A stretch of 63,228 bases of DNA, filler included, from Octopus bimaculoides (lineage: Eukaryota), in the NCBI RefSeq assembly GCF_001194135.2. It is 7 parts of 6 records of this genome, joined end to end, with 100 filler letters (N's around TTAATTAATTAA, not from the genome) between each part and the next. Parts side by side here need not be neighbours in the genome. Positions count along the whole stretch, not along the records: positions 35,244 to 50,016 come from NC_068985.1; positions 50,117 to 54,568 come from NC_068995.1; positions 54,669 to 62,109 come from NC_068986.1; 4 more parts are not named here. One strand, 5' to 3'. Made by a program: the position numbers and the translations under genes. The notes beneath the pieces are model-generated. The model saw only the letters and a list, made by a program, of their open reading frames with translations. It was not told the DNA's origin and searched no databases. Below, one piece after another: positions 46,400 to 57,949 of this stretch (positions within the stretch are counted from its first letter, which is position 1; each line of letters starts with the position of its first letter).

Positions 46400-46606
46400 T
46401 AAGCTAGCACAATCGTTAGCGCGTCGGACAAAATGCTAGCGGCATTTCTTCAGGCTCATTTTCTGAGTTCAAATGCTGTTGTGGTCAACTTTGGCTTTTT
46501 TCCTTTCTGGGTCCAATAAAATAAATACCAGTAAAGTACTGGCATCGATGGAATAGACTGCTCACATCCAGGAAAATTGCTGGCCTCGTGCCAAAATTAC
46601 TAAGAA
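46400..46606 (+). mobile_element. SINE family C, degenerate
   Basis: CTGAGTTCAAAT B box, AAATACCAGT centre, GGCCTCGTGCCAAAATT tail. Confidence 0.65.
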
Positions 46607-46859
46607 TTTATTATGGTTCCAACGTCTCAGTTTTCTTTGAGAGGGTGATTATCTCCCTTATTCATTCATCTTTCCTCCTACTATGTTCCAACTAGTTTTT
46701 TCTCACTTACATACTGTGCTACACCATTCAATTAAGCAGACGTCTTCATTTTCAGAAAAAAAATCATGTTGGGGCAGATGAATTACAATTAAAATTACAG
46801 GACCTTTAGTAAACTTTCAACAAAAATACAGATCAGGCAAATATTGTAGAATCGAGAGA

Positions 46860-47148
46860 AAGTGGTGTTTTCCGTGACTTATGCTCTGCGCCATATTGGA
46901 TATTAATCATCACTATAGTTTACTATACACTCGTCTGCTTCGCACGTTATTTTCTCTCTCTCCCTTGTTAAAACACTCTTTATTACTCATCAGTTTAGGA
47001 ATTTATTTCATTAAATTAAACTTAGCCATATTAACTACATTGTAATCTTCATTTATTGGCGTATTTTAATTCTAAACTTGCTTTACCGACCTAAGGGCTT
47101 CGTCGATTAGCTGTTACTAAAATCTTTTAATATCTTATCGATGCAGCC
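46860..47148 (+). promoter_or_regulatory. Putative promoter / 5' UTR of the F-BAR gene, with a YY1-like CGCCATATT at 46889-46897
   Basis: Repeat-free, CpG-enriched relative to its flanks, directly upstream of the ATG exon. Confidence 0.4.
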
Positions 47149-47172
47149 ATGAGCTGGGGAATCGAACTATGG
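47149..47172 (+). CDS. FNBP1L: First coding exon (MSWGIELW) of an FNBP1/FNBP1L (Toca-1/Cip4) family F-BAR protein
   Basis: GCAGCC ATG AGC TGG GGA ATC GAA CTA TGG|GTGAGT; family N-terminus is MSWGTELW-DQ, with a phase-0 intron after codon 8 as I recall for vertebrate FNBP1; exon 2 not found in the window; paralog assignment not possible. Confidence 0.72.
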
Positions 47173-48568
47173 GTGAGTACTTTTTTCCTTTTTATGTTTT
47201 TCAACTTTTATAATTAGCAATTCTGTCATACTGTCCTCTTTAGACATTTTATTTTGCGCGTATAAATACTTAATAAAAGGGCTTGGGAAAATTCCGATCC
47301 GTTTGTTCAGTCAGTATCATTTCGTTTGCTTTACTCATCTTCCAACTTATTCCTGAATATCCGTCCCGTATAATAAATTCAGACAATTTTTAGAATCATA
47401 ATAAAAAGACAGTAAAAGATATTCATTAACAATTAGTTTTCGTCATAATTACGATTTATTATAACTTATAATTCAAGCTATGATTGCTGATATTAGAGAT
47501 CCATTTCCTCCTGCTAATTGTGGATGCATATATATCATTGCTCTTACATACTGTTTGAAGGTTTACAGGCATGCTGACAGCTGTAGTTTCAAATTTTGTC
47601 TTGTGTGTGTGTTCCTAATGAAATTTAATGGACATGAACGAATAGAGAAACATTTAAATAAACGACTGATTTAATGATTTTGTTTCATTGTTTTATAATG
47701 AATAAAAAAAAAAGTGATTTTCTCATATGTGTAATGCTTAGTGTTATTGTGTACAAGTCATGTATATTGTCAATCAATAAGCAACTCCCAACATATTTGT
47801 TTGATTACTTTTAACTATTGTTTATGGTATTTAAACGAATTATGAAATTTTTTCTATCCAAGATTGTAGTTTTCATCATTCCTCTTGTGTGCATGCTGAT
47901 ATTGTGAGTTTTAAATTTCCTAACTGGAGGTTATGGTGGAATTATACATATATTTTTTGCATTTCCAGTCTCTATAAAGGCCTGGATGGAGCTTTCAGCA
48001 ACTTTCTGATGTCCATAGAACACATGTTTCAACGCAAATGTTATTGTATCATATCGCACTGTTACTGCGGCGTACGTGCGTACGTTCACAATGCCTAATT
48101 GATTTTACGCCCTTTTTCTAATGTAACACATTCAACTTTGATTCTTAAAATATTCAACTACGTTTACCCATTTTCTTCTAGCAGCGATACCAGGTACATT
48201 ATTCGTCCAGTAATTTAGAAAGATTGTCAGTCTCGTTTAATATTAATGCCTTCGTGAGCAAAATATAGTTCCAGTTATCATCTTTAGTGATACCGCAGTA
48301 CTTAATATATTGTTTAGCTCCAGGTCAGTCATAATTCACGAGACTTTTCATCAAAGGCGTTCCAGACGTGACCACATCGTAATTTTGTATGGCACGGACT
48401 ACTATATTTAATATCTTTTCCTAATTAAAATGGTAGTGTCTAATTGAAGAGAGATGTGGACACCATGCTTAGAATATTGCACGTCCGCGTACAGACTTGA
48501 GGCGCTCCGTTTACACTTGTATTGCAAAACGATCAGTAATTTATTTTATACGACACTTTACATCCACC

Positions 48569-48620
<52 letters not shown>

Positions 48621-48714
48621 GCGCGTGTATATATATATGTGTATATATATATATATGTATATGTGTGTATACATATATCTATGTATATATAGGTACAAAC
48701 GTGTATATATATAT

Positions 48715-48810
48715 ATATATATATCTATATAAGTATAGGTATATATATATATATCTATATAAGTATAGGTATATATATATATATCTATATAAGTATATGT
48801 ATATATATAT
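48715..48810. repeat. 30-bp minisatellite derived from (TA)n (about 3 copies)
   Basis: (AT)n CTATATAAGTATAGGT repeated; [10 protein letters not shown] repeat in ORF 48497-48814. Confidence 0.85.
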
Positions 48811-49699
48811 ATAGGGAGATGTACTTGCATAGCAAGTGACCTGATCTGAGATCGTGTGCTGGAACGAAAACAATTGCAGCGTGGAAGGTGTTTATAAGCC
48901 ATTTAAAATAACACACAAAATCCGTTAGATTCACTTCAACATTTAAATTTAATTTGTCAAAATATTATATATATATATATATATACACATGTATATGTAT
49001 ATATATATGTATTCGTATACACACACACACATATATATATAAAGGTTACGAAGGGTAATGGAGTCAACCAAACCCTAAAGATACAGGTAATACCGAGTAA
49101 GTGCTGTATACCGACTAGTTTTGCCCCTGATGTGGTTGCAACACAAGTGGGAAATATAACATAGGTCATGTATTAGCATGTGTATATATAAAAAAAAATG
49201 AGATAAAGAGACCAATGGCATAAGTAAATTTATATTTTATGTAGAAAGTCTTACAGCTGTTTCAGCTCGGTAATAGTAGAAGAATGGAGATTTGCAGTAA
49301 GAAATGAGAGCGATGCGTAGAAGAAAAAACAAAGAAGAAAAAGTACTTGGAGTATAGTTCCATTCCAACAGTAAACATCCATGTGTAGAATCCGTGTGGG
49401 TATTTTCCAGAGATAATTATAGTTGCAATGGTGTATATATATCATATCGTATCCAGTTTACTCTGTGCATTGTTTACTTAAAGGACAGTCCGAAGTGAGT
49501 GGAAGATATGTGTAGGATTAAGAGGTCAAGCCTTAAGACAGGGAGGAAAGGAGGAGGAAATATTTTAAGGGAGAAATGAAGGTAGTGGTGCCAGTAGTAG
49601 GCGATTGTGAGGTCAGTTATACTGTATATATGCATATACATAGATATATAGACATATATGTGTATATATATATATAGACATATATATATAAACAAATAG

Positions 49700-50016
49700 T
49701 AAATGAGTATATGCATATATACGTACAGGTATGTGCATACCGACATCCACCTGTATGTATTGGTGCATATCTGGGTACAGGACATTGCAAACAAAACAGA
49801 GACGAGAAAACACACAAGCCACATAGAGAACATTCAACTTCATCAGCTACCTCCATTTTAACACCAGCGTTTCGAAGAGCTAGGCAGGACGCATCGTTAA
49901 AACAGCTCTTCCCATGGACCGCAAATTAAATTTGTATACACAAATTAAATCTTGCCATGGAGGAATGTCGTGGTGGACAAAAAACAAGACAGGAAAACAA
50001 ACAGAAAAGGCTTTAC
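49700..50016 (-). repeat. Family X interspersed repeat
   Basis: Homologous to 27885-28010. Confidence 0.6.
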
Positions 50017-50610
50017 NNNNNNNNNNNNNNNNNNNNNNNNNNNNNNNNNNNNNNNNNNNNTTAATTAATTAANNNNNNNNNNNNNNNNNNNNNNNNNNNN
50101 NNNNNNNNNNNNNNNNTGGTGGTGGTGGTGGTGGTGGTGGCCTTATCTCCCGGTTGGGGTCGGGAAGAGCATCACTTCCATCTTTATCTTTTATTTTTTG
50201 TCATTGTTTTTCTACACCCCCATCCTTGCCAAAACCCTACGATAGTAAATGTCTTGGATAACTTGGAAACAATTTAAAAGGGCAGGTGTGTGTGTATGTG
50301 TAGATGCGTGTGTGTATGTGTAGATGCGTGTGTTTGTGTGTGTGGGTATTTGTGTGTATATTTGTGTGTATGTATATATATGTGTATACACACACATACG
50401 AACATAGACATATATGTATACATATCTATATGTATGTATATGCATCTCTATGTGAATGTGTGCATATGTGAAAAAGAGTAAATGTATGTGTGAATGTGTG
50501 TTTATGTTTGTATATGTGTATGTGCGTGTGAATGTATGTATATATATGTATGTATACATACATATATATATGTATATATATGTATGTATACATACATATA
50601 TATATGTATG

Positions 50611-50644
<34 letters not shown>

Positions 50645-51035
50645 TATATNNNNNNNNNNNNNNNNNNNNNNNNNNNNNNNNNNNNNNNNNNNNNNNNNNN
50701 NNNNNNNNNNNNNNNNNNNNNNNNNNNNNNNNNNNNNNNNNNNNNNNNNNNNNNNNNNNNNNNNNNNNNNNNNNNNNNNNNNNNNNNNNNNNNNNNNNNN
50801 NNNNNNNNNNNNNNNNNNNNNNNNNNNNNNNNNNNNNNNNNNNNNNNNNNNNNNNNNNNNNNNNNNNNNNNNNNNNNNNNNNNNNNNNNNNNNNNNNNNN
50901 NNNNNNNNNNNNNNNNNNNNNNNNNNNNNNNNNNNNNNNNNNNNNNNNNNNNNNNNNNCATATATATATGTACATATATATATGTATAAGTAAATGTTGG
51001 AGGTAATACTTGATAATTGTAAGCACCTGTGTATG

Positions 51036-51380
51036 CCCTAACCCTAACCCTAACCCAAACCTAACCCTACCCCTAACCCTAAACCGAAACCGAAACCTAA
51101 CCCTAACCCTAACCCTAAACCTAAACCTAAACCTAAACCTAACCCTTACCCTAACCCTAAACCGAAACCGAAACCTAAACCTAGACCGAAACCGAAACCT
51201 AAACCTAAACCGAAACCGAAACCGAACCGAAACCGAAACCGAAACCGAAACCGAGACCGAAACCGAAACCGAAACCTAAACCTAGACCGAAACCGAAACC
51301 GAAACCTAAACCGAAGCCGAAACCTAAACCGAAACCAAAACCGAAACCTAAACCTAAACCTAAACCTAAACCGAAACCTA
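51036..51380 (-). repeat. Interstitial telomere-like array: (TTAGGG)n grading into (TTTAGG)/(TTTCGG) hexamers
   Basis: CCCTAA units first, then AAACCT and AAACCG units on the + strand. Confidence 0.9.
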
Positions 51381-51394
51381 TGTATCTATGTGTT

Positions 51395-51555
51395 CATGTG
51401 TCTTGTGTCTGCGTTTGTCCCCCATCACTACTTAACAACCGATATTGGTGTGTTTACATCCCTATAACTTAGAGATTTGGCGAAAGGGCCTGATGAAAAT
51501 CCTCCAAGGCAGTGCCCCTGCATGGCTACAGTCAAATGACTGAAATAAGTTAAAA
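51395..51555 (+). mobile_element. SINE family B, 3' half
   Basis: ACAACCGATATTGGTGTGTTTAC..GCATGGCTACAGTCAAATGACTGAAA. Confidence 0.7.
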
Positions 51556-52260
51556 CAATACATTAATAGCAAGTCTGCCCTTTCATTTCATAAATGAAAC
51601 ACAATTAAAAACAAGTTTTTTTTTCAAATATTTTTTTTTCCATCCTCTCAACTTCCGCCCCCCTCTCTGCTCCACTACCACTAACTCAAGTAGCTTCGTT
51701 TCTTCTCCACACAAAATGTAAGGAATTTGTCAAAGACTGTTTAGTAGCTCTGTACCATCCGCTTTTGACTTTGTACTAAAGAACATGAAATTCCAGTCAA
51801 GTCAGTGTTTTTTAACACCAGATGTCTCTCTCTGTAGAAAACTCTTAAAGATTTGAGAACTAAAAGGAAGTGGAAATTGTCACAAGATTTGATTCACCCA
51901 CCACCCACCAAAACTACCACCGCCATTAACACTGCCACCCACCGTCTCCACCATCCCTCAAAACCCCAGACTGTCTCTTAAAATATTTCTTTGGCTTTTT
52001 GTTTCCTTCCTTCAACATAAATCACTAACTCCTCGTCACACACGCATACCTTCACATTTACATACACACACATATACATTCATACACTCATTTCTACATA
52101 CATATTCACACACACACACACTGCATGTAACCACCCCATCCTGTTATATTGCCATTTTTTCCACTTTTTATTATCTCTTTCTCCACCCCACTACTTACCA
52201 AAAAATTGAAATTATCTCATTTTTCTGAGAAAGAATTCCAGCTAAAAAGAAAACACAGAA

Positions 52261-52420
52261 AGGCTGTGTCGTAAGTAGCTTGCTTACCAACCACATGGTT
52301 CTGGGTTCAGTTCCACTGCATGGAACCTTGGGCAACTGTCTTCTACTATAACCTTGAGCCGACCAAAGCCTTGTGAGTGGATTTGGTAGACGGCAACTGA
52401 AAGAAGCCCGTCGTATATAT
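52261..52420 (+). mobile_element. SINE family B, 5' half
   Basis: GGTTCTGGGTTCAGTTCC, CCTTGGGCAACTGTCT. Confidence 0.8.
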
Positions 52421-52544
52421 NNNNNNNNNNNNNNNNNNNNNNNNNNNNNNNNNNNNNNNNNNNNNNNNNNNNNNNNNNNNNNNNNNTATATATAAACACA
52501 CAGACATATTTATATACACATATATGTGTGTTTGTGTGTGTGTG

Positions 52545-52612
<68 letters not shown>

Positions 52613-53023
52613 TATATATATATGTGTGTGTGTATATATATATGTGTGTATGTGTATATATATATGCATACAATGAGTGTGTTGAATATATATGATTTAA
52701 GTCTTGTGATATTTAAGATATAGGGTTGGTTAAGCAGATGTGGAACTGGGCAAACTCTGCAAGAACTTTAGGTTCTATTCATTAAGAATCGGTACTTCAG
52801 TTGCATCCATCTCCTAAGAATGTACTCTTGTTGTCGTCAAATGCCGCTGCTGAGTTCTCTAAGCGGATTTCCATTGCAGGGGGGTAGCAGTGGTTCTTTT
52901 TATAGATTCCTTACCATTCATGCCTTGCGCATTGATGCCACAACTGGAAATACCGTTATTTCAGTGTCTTGAGGTATGAGGGCGAGGCAAGAATAGTTTT
53001 GGAATTGAAAAAAAAAAAATAGA

Positions 53024-53065
<42 letters not shown>

Positions 53066-53225
53066 GAGCGTGTGTGTGCATATGTGTGTATGTGTGTATG
53101 TATGTATGTATCAATGTATGTATGTGCGCGCGCACACACACATACATATATGCTTGAATATATATAAACATATTTACACATGTATAAATACATTTCTATA
53201 CACACACATATATATAAATATATAT

Positions 53226-53278
<53 letters not shown>

Positions 53279-54124
53279 NNNNNNNNNNNNNNNNNNNNNN
53301 NNNNNNNNNNNNNNNNNNNNNNNNNNNNNNNNNNNNNNNNNNNNNNNNNNNNNNNNNNNNNNNNNNNNNNNNNNNNNNNNNNNNNNNNNNNNNNNNNNNN
53401 NNNNNNNNNNNNNNNNNNNNNNNNNNNNNNNNNNNNNNNNNNNNNNNNNNNNNNNNNNNNNNNNNNNNNNNNNNNNNNNNNNNNNNNNNNNNNNNNNNNN
53501 NNNNNNNNNNNNNNNNNNNNNNNNNNNNNNNNNNNNNNNNNNNNNNNNNNNNNNNNNNNNNNNNNNNNNNNNNNNNNNNNNNNNNNNNNNNNNNNNNNNN
53601 NNNNNNNNNNNNNNNNNNNNNNNNNNNNNNNNNNNNNNNNNNNNNNNNNNNNNNNNNNNNNNNNNNNNNNNNNNNNNNNNNNNNNNNNNNNNNNNNNNNN
53701 NNNNNNNNNNNNNNNNNNNNNNNNNNNNNNNNNNNNNNNNNNNNNNNNNNNNNNNNNNNNNNNNNNNNNNNNNNNNNNNNNNNNNNNNNNNNNNNNNNNN
53801 NNNNNNNNNNNNNNNNNNNNNNNNNNNNNNNNNNNNNNNNNNNNNNNNNNNNNNNNNNNNNNNNNNNNNNNNNNNNNNNNNNNNNNNNNNNNNNNNNNNN
53901 NNNNNNNNNNNNNNNNNNNNNNNNNNNNNNNNNNNNNNNNNNNNNNNNNNNNNNNNNNNNNNNNNNNNNNNNNNNNNNNNNNNNNNNNNNNNNNNNNNNN
54001 NNNNNNNNNNNNNNNNNNNNNNNNNNNNNNNNNNNNNNNNNNNNNNNNNNNNNNNNNNNNNNNNNNNNNNNNNNNNNNNNNNNNNNNNNNNNNNNNNNNN
54101 NNNNNNNNNNNNNNNNNNNNNNNN

Positions 54125-54155
<31 letters not shown>

Positions 54156-54329
54156 TGTCTTGTGCCTAAATTAGAAACTATCAATTTCAAAGATTAATTC
54201 TACCATACATAGAATTAATGTTATACAATTTTAATACATAAACACACAGACACACACACACACACACGCACGCACACACACACACACACACACTCACACA
54301 CACACATACATATATATCCATTTATCTTT

Positions 54330-54545
54330 TCTTTCATATGTCACAGTCATTATACTGTGGCCATGCTGGGGCAGTGCCTTAAAGAATTTTTAGTCAAATG
54401 AGTCGACCCCAATATTTATTTTTTAAAGCCTGATACTGATTCTATCGGTCTCTTTTTGCTGAACTGCTCAGTTACAGGGATGTAAACACACTAACACTGG
54501 TTGTCAATTGGTGGGAGGTATGAACACAGACACAACCACACACAC
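54330..54545 (-). mobile_element. SINE family B, 3' half
   Basis: ACTGTGGCCATGCTGGGGCA..TTCTATCGGTCTCTTTTTGC. Confidence 0.75.
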
Positions 54546-54668
54546 ACAATATACATACATACATATACNNNNNNNNNNNNNNNNNNNNNNNNNNNNNNNN
54601 NNNNNNNNNNNNTTAATTAATTAANNNNNNNNNNNNNNNNNNNNNNNNNNNNNNNNNNNNNNNNNNNN

Positions 54669-54706
<38 letters not shown>

Positions 54707-55120
54707 CTGGAACGCCTTTGATTACAGGGTCTGCTCTATCTTGTCTGACTCGATGCTAAACAACAACAGCAACAGAGTAAACGGTAGCATTTCCAGGCAA
54801 CTACTCATGGTCTGTGTCAGGAATGAGTAAATATAAAATGTTTAAAGAATAGAATAAACTGGTTTATTGTGTAAAAGCAAAAAAGTCCAACGTTTCGGGC
54901 AGGGCGCTTCGTCAATTATGATGATGATGCTGGAGTTTAGCTTCAGGTTAGTCCTAGCTAAGCATTAAAAGTTATTCCGGACGTTACCATCCCATCTTTT
55001 TGCATATTATCGCCCAATGCACCCACCTTTGATTTAAGATGTTAGGGAGCAATTTGGAGGATACTTGACTGCTATGTTTAGCAGGTCGAGCGACCGTCAA
55101 GAAGCTCCCTCATTTATCAT

Positions 55121-55515
55121 TATCTTTTAGCTGTTTCAGTCCTTAGACTGCAGCCATGCTGGAGTACCACCTTGAAGAATTTTAGTCGAGCCTATCAACC
55201 CCTATACTTATTTGTTTTGAAGCCTGGTACTTATTCTATCGGTCTCTTTTTGCCGAATCGCTAAGTTACGGGTACGTAATTATACCAACACCAGTTCCTA
55301 AGCATTAGTGGGGGTTAAACATAGACTCAAAGATAGACAGACACACACATACACATACACACACACGACAAGCTTCTTTCAGTTTCCATTCGCAAGGCTT
55401 TAGTCGGCTCGAGGCTATTGTAGAAGAAATTTTCCTGCGGTGCCAGGCCGTAGGACTGAATCCGGAATCTTATGGTTGGGCAGCAAACTCCTTACCACAC
55501 AGCCACGCCCACGCC
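55121..55515 (-). mobile_element. SINE family B, near full length
   Basis: Head GGCGTGGGCGTGGCTGTGTGGTAAGG, tail CAGCCATGCTGGAG. Confidence 0.8.
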
Positions 55516-55714
55516 TGATAATTTCATATTTTCTTCTGATGATACTCGGATCAAATGGTTCTTTGTTTCGACAAAGAGCATTCAGCTGTTCAACTACCTA
55601 GTTCTTGAACTAATACGTACGTGGCTGAGTATTCCCCAAACACCGGTACACTTAACGCAATCCTTGGAAAGAGCTGTACCTTTTGAATTACGAGTACGAT
55701 ATACTTTTAACTTT

Positions 55715-55910
55715 TATTGGTTTCAGTCTTTGGACTGTGGCCATGCTGGAGCACCACCATACGCGACGATCTTCCCCAGATTTCCAACCCAATTTCACTC
55801 ACAGGGGTTGAGTCGACACGAGACTATGGCAATATAAAAGACATTTGTCTAAGATGTCGCACAAGGGGATCGAACCCAAGATATTGTAATTGAGAAGCAA
55901 ACTTTCTTAA
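55715..55910 (-). mobile_element. SINE family B, internally deleted
   Basis: Tail GGCCATGCTGGAGCACC joined directly to head-side sequence GGGATCGAACCC. Confidence 0.55.
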
Positions 55911-55950
55911 GCATTCACTCATCGTGCGTCCATTGGTACCGATAACACAT

Positions 55951-55986
<36 letters not shown>

Positions 55987-56239
55987 NNNNNNNNNNNNNN
56001 NNNNNNNNNNNNNNNNNNNNNNNNNNNNNNNNNNNNNNNNNNNNNNNNNNNNNNNNNNNNNNNNNNNNNNNNNNNNNNNNNNNNNNNNNNNNNNNNNNNN
56101 NNNNNNNNNNNNNNNNNNNNNNNNNNNNNNNNNNNNNNNNNNNNNNNNNNNNNNNNNNNNNNNNNNNNNNNNNNNNNNNNNNNNNNNNNNNNNNNNNNNN
56201 NNNNNNNNNNNNNNNNNNNNNNNNNNNNNNNNNNNNNNN

Positions 56240-56451
56240 ACGTTAGCACGCCGGGCGAAATGCTTGGCGGTATTTCGTCTGCCGCTACGTTCTGAGTTCA
56301 AATTCCGCCGAGGTCGACTTTGCCTTTCATCCTTTCGTGGTCGATTAAATAAGTACCAGTTACGCACTGGGTCGATATAATCGACTTAATCCGTTTGTCT
56401 GTCTTTGTTTGTCCCCTATGTGTGTAGCCCCTTGTGGGTAGTAAAGAAATA
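56240..56451 (+). mobile_element. SINE family C variant with a Tx1/L1-like 3' tail
   Basis: Head and centre as in 22180-22393, but ends TTTGTCCCCTATGTGTGTAGCCCCTTGTGGGTAGTAAAGAAATA. Confidence 0.85.
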
Positions 56452-57250
56452 ACACACACACAAACGAACAAAATCTTGACAAGGTCAAAAGAGACATTAC
56501 CAAGAGATATCATTTCCGACTTAGTTATGCTGATTTCTAAGTCTAACACTCACAAATAATTCACTCTGACCACCCACTCCCCCTCCACACACACACAAAT
56601 ACACGCCTTCCCACTCTGCCACCCACTCCACCTTTCACTCCTTCCACTTCCCTCCAACGTTTTCATAACATTTTGCATCAGCCGGTCTCCATGATTACTG
56701 TGTTCTGTCCATTTTTGCTCTTTCTTTTCCTCTCTTTACAGCTCTCAAACACCAACACTACCCTTCGCTCATCACAAATCCCTCACCCTCACAGAATCAC
56801 CGTCCATTCACTTCTTTGGTCAGACGGACACACACATTCAAATAAGTATTTTCTTCTTTGCTCTGTCATTCTGCAGCCATTCTAAGACCACTAGCTGCTG
56901 CTGCCGCTGCCACTACTACTACCACTGCTGCTGATGATGTTGCAGCTAGCGGTAGGCTTATGTATTTATCTATCTATTTNNNNNNNNNNNNNNNNNNNNN
57001 NNNNNNNNNNNNNNNNNNNNNNNNNNNNNNNNNNNNNNNNNNNNNNNNNNNNNNNNNNNNNNNNNNNNNNNNNNNNNNNNNNNNNNNNNNNNNNNNNNNN
57101 NNNNNNNNNNNNNNNNNNNNNNNNNNNNNNNNNNNNNNNNNNNNNNNNNNNCCATGTTAGCGACAACAGATCTCTGTTGACTTAAGAAAAGAACAAAACA
57201 AGAAAAGCAACATAAAAAGACCCCCAGTTTTCAAAAATAGACAAAAACAA

Positions 57251-57288
<38 letters not shown>

Positions 57289-57949
57289 CACGCACACGCA
57301 CACGTACTTACACAAATACATTTTACATACATACATAATGTAACATCACACATGTAATTTAACTTCGCACACAAATTGTATACATAATATATATAATACG
57401 TATTGCACATTTGCACAGAGAAAAAGCACGGTAACAAACTATATTGGCTACTGCTGACTGACAAATAGTGGTCTTTCTTTTCAGAGAATTCTATATTGCA
57501 GCTGACCAAGTCTTTTTAGAATGTCAAACTACCGACAAAACGATCGATGGTTCGTGCCTCATTACCAACACTACACTGATTGTGTGTGTGTGTGTGTAGG
57601 TGTGTGTGTTATTTTTTTATTCATTACTAAGGAAGTGTGTTACATAGCGGAATGGTTAAAAAATATGATTTGCAAATCATGAGGTCTTTGGTTCAAAATG
57701 TAGATCAGTTCTTTTTTCGGGTTACCCCCAAGACCTGTGTGAAATTTAGTAAAATAGAAAGTTGTGTGAAAGTTTGTTGAATGGACTGAATCCGTAAAAG
57801 GATGCAGGTGTAGCAATGTAGTTAAGAAGTTCTCTTCACAACTATGTAATTTCGTGTTCAATCTCGCTGCGCGGCACCTTTAGTAGTAAAGTTATCTTTT
57901 CTACCACGAACATCAAGTCGACTCAAACTCTATAAGAGAAATTTGTCTG

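Noticed and set aside
49840-49925. GAAAC and CUGAUGA motifs in family X (also 27885-27920)
   Set aside because: The order and helices do not assemble into a consistent type I, II or III hammerhead in both copies
54885-54915. Hammerhead-like UUGACGAAG..CCGAAACGUU on the minus strand
   Set aside because: First core base is wrong, stem II is weak and there is no stem I partner; at best a decayed PLE terminus
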